The translations under genes and the position numbers were made by a program. Below, piece after piece: positions 62,776-64,000 of a DNA stretch of 64,000 nt; positions within the stretch are counted from its first letter, which is position 1, and each line of letters opens with the position of its first letter. The DNA lies in assembly GCA_951406725.2 (NCBI GenBank), contig OX597821.1, positions 24,924,001 to 24,988,000 on the forward strand, given 5' to 3'. The notes beneath the pieces were generated by a model that saw only the letters and a list, made by a program, of their open reading frames with translations, did not search any database and was not told where the DNA came from. Origin of the DNA: Octopus vulgaris. Its lineage: Eukaryota.

Positions 62776-62825
62776 ATATCAATACCTTCTGTATCAGGAT
62801 CCCTGTTTGGTAGCAGTATAACTCA
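62776..62825 (+). CDS. SYCP2: SYCP2-like exon T (ISIPSVSGSLFGSSIT), phase 0 to 2
   Basis: catttcag|ATATCA...ACTCA|gtaagt. Confidence 0.7.
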
Positions 62826-64000
62826 GTAAGTTTGTTAGTCATTAAGATATGTTTTTTGTTGGTAAATTGTTATTTTACTATGACATAAATTTAGGAGCAA
62901 CGATAACTTACGAACCAAAATAAGTATAACTAACTTTACTTAATTGTAGTTAAAAAGAGTAGCAACAGTCAAATATAGTGTGAATATGTGTTAAACAGAT
63001 TCAAACCTAATTGATATAATTGTAAGCAAAACATTTCACTACAAAGATCTTTAAAACCAGTAATAAACCTTAAATGGCAGCTTTTGGACAGAACGTTGCC
63101 ATTTGAAATAAAATAATTTATGGGAAAAATAAATACAGCAATACCTCACTTAATAATCCCTTCTTAAATATTTCCTGCTTTAATATTTTAAAAAAATTAT
63201 AAAAATAAAATCTTAATAAAATATGTACTGAAAATACATAATGATTAAGGTAAAAATTTAACTATCACTATGCATCTCAATAAAATGCCTGTTAGTATTT
63301 TGTTTTTTTATTCCTTCAGTCATTCATTTAGTTAGCATTTTGACCTGTGTACATAATGTATTCACATATTCTCAACTTCCTTTTCATCAACTTTTGAATA
63401 AATTCACCTTTGCAGTTTAGTTAATTTCTAACTAGATTTAGATTATTTTAATGATTCGGCTAATGTATTTGAACAATTTTAGTTATTTTCTCAATTTATC
63501 CAATACAATGCTTAAACAAGTAAATAGTATTCTCCTAAACAATAGATCCACTTATTTCGGTTAGTAACTTATTCACGAATATACCAACACAAACGCTGCT
63601 GAGGGTAATATTCTCTGGGAACACACAAAAGCCTTTTTTCACGGTTAATTACTTTGAATTGTTATTATCTCATATCTGATTAGCCTGTTATTACGTAACA
63701 TGTTTCATGATTTTAGTATACATACCTTATTACTATTTCCTCCTAAAATCTATATACTCTGGGAACATATTAAAGCCCTTTTCGGGGCTACTTTATTTGA
63801 ATTCTTACTAAGGGTAGTTAATTTCATGTTATTACATAACTGACTTCACAATTTGAGTGTTCATAACTTATTGGAAATTCCTAAAAACAAGATCCTTTGT
63901 AAGACAGTTCAGTATTCTCAATAAATACACAAAAACTGTTTTAAGGGCTACATACTTTATATTGTTGTTACTGGATTAGCAAAACAATTATGAGAAAAGA

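Larger units (their letters stand above)
825..62825 (+). other. SYCP2: Multi-exon host gene, SYCP2/SYCP2L-like meiotic axial-element protein (partial; 5' and 3' ends outside window)
   Basis: 20 hand-identified exons with polypyrimidine-AG acceptors and GT donors; phases chain without stops. N-terminal translation DCRKCLNAFNSNQGIYQRVFSLPCNDIYFGNLKLNRPKDESYKHFWVDFNVTSQRITFYCEQ..DVWETVSIYKEDV resembles recalled vertebrate SYCP2 ([43 protein letters not shown]). Orthology needs an HMM/BLAST check. Confidence 0.8.

Overview
AT-rich animal genomic DNA. The SINE/RTE/microsatellite repertoire suggests an octopus or other coleoid cephalopod (inference). The whole window lies inside one + strand multi-exon gene that starts before and ends after it. 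I assembled 20 GT-AG exons by hand (825-62825, 3695 nt, about 1230 codons) whose splice phases chain without a stop. The first five exons encode DCRKCLNAFN..RVFSLPC..RPKDESYKHFWVDFNVTSQRITFY..WETVSI, which resembles my recollection of the N-terminal ARM-like/Spt16M-like (PH) region of the meiotic axis protein SYCP2/SYCP2L. A long S/T/K/N-rich disordered region with candidate short linear motifs follows. The introns hold many mobile elements: a CR1-group LINE with an intact ORF2, an RTE LINE with an intact ORF carrying a PHD finger (tail-to-tail with an internally deleted sister copy), a degenerate two-LTR Gypsy element, a solo LTR, three mariner relics, an R4/Dong relic, two piggyBac MITEs, a Helitron nested in a long-TIR foldback, a Penelope-like inverted repeat with hammerhead ribozyme cores, tRNA-derived SINEs and a perfect 498-bp palindrome. 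No prokaryotic features. All homology calls come from recalled motifs, not database searches.
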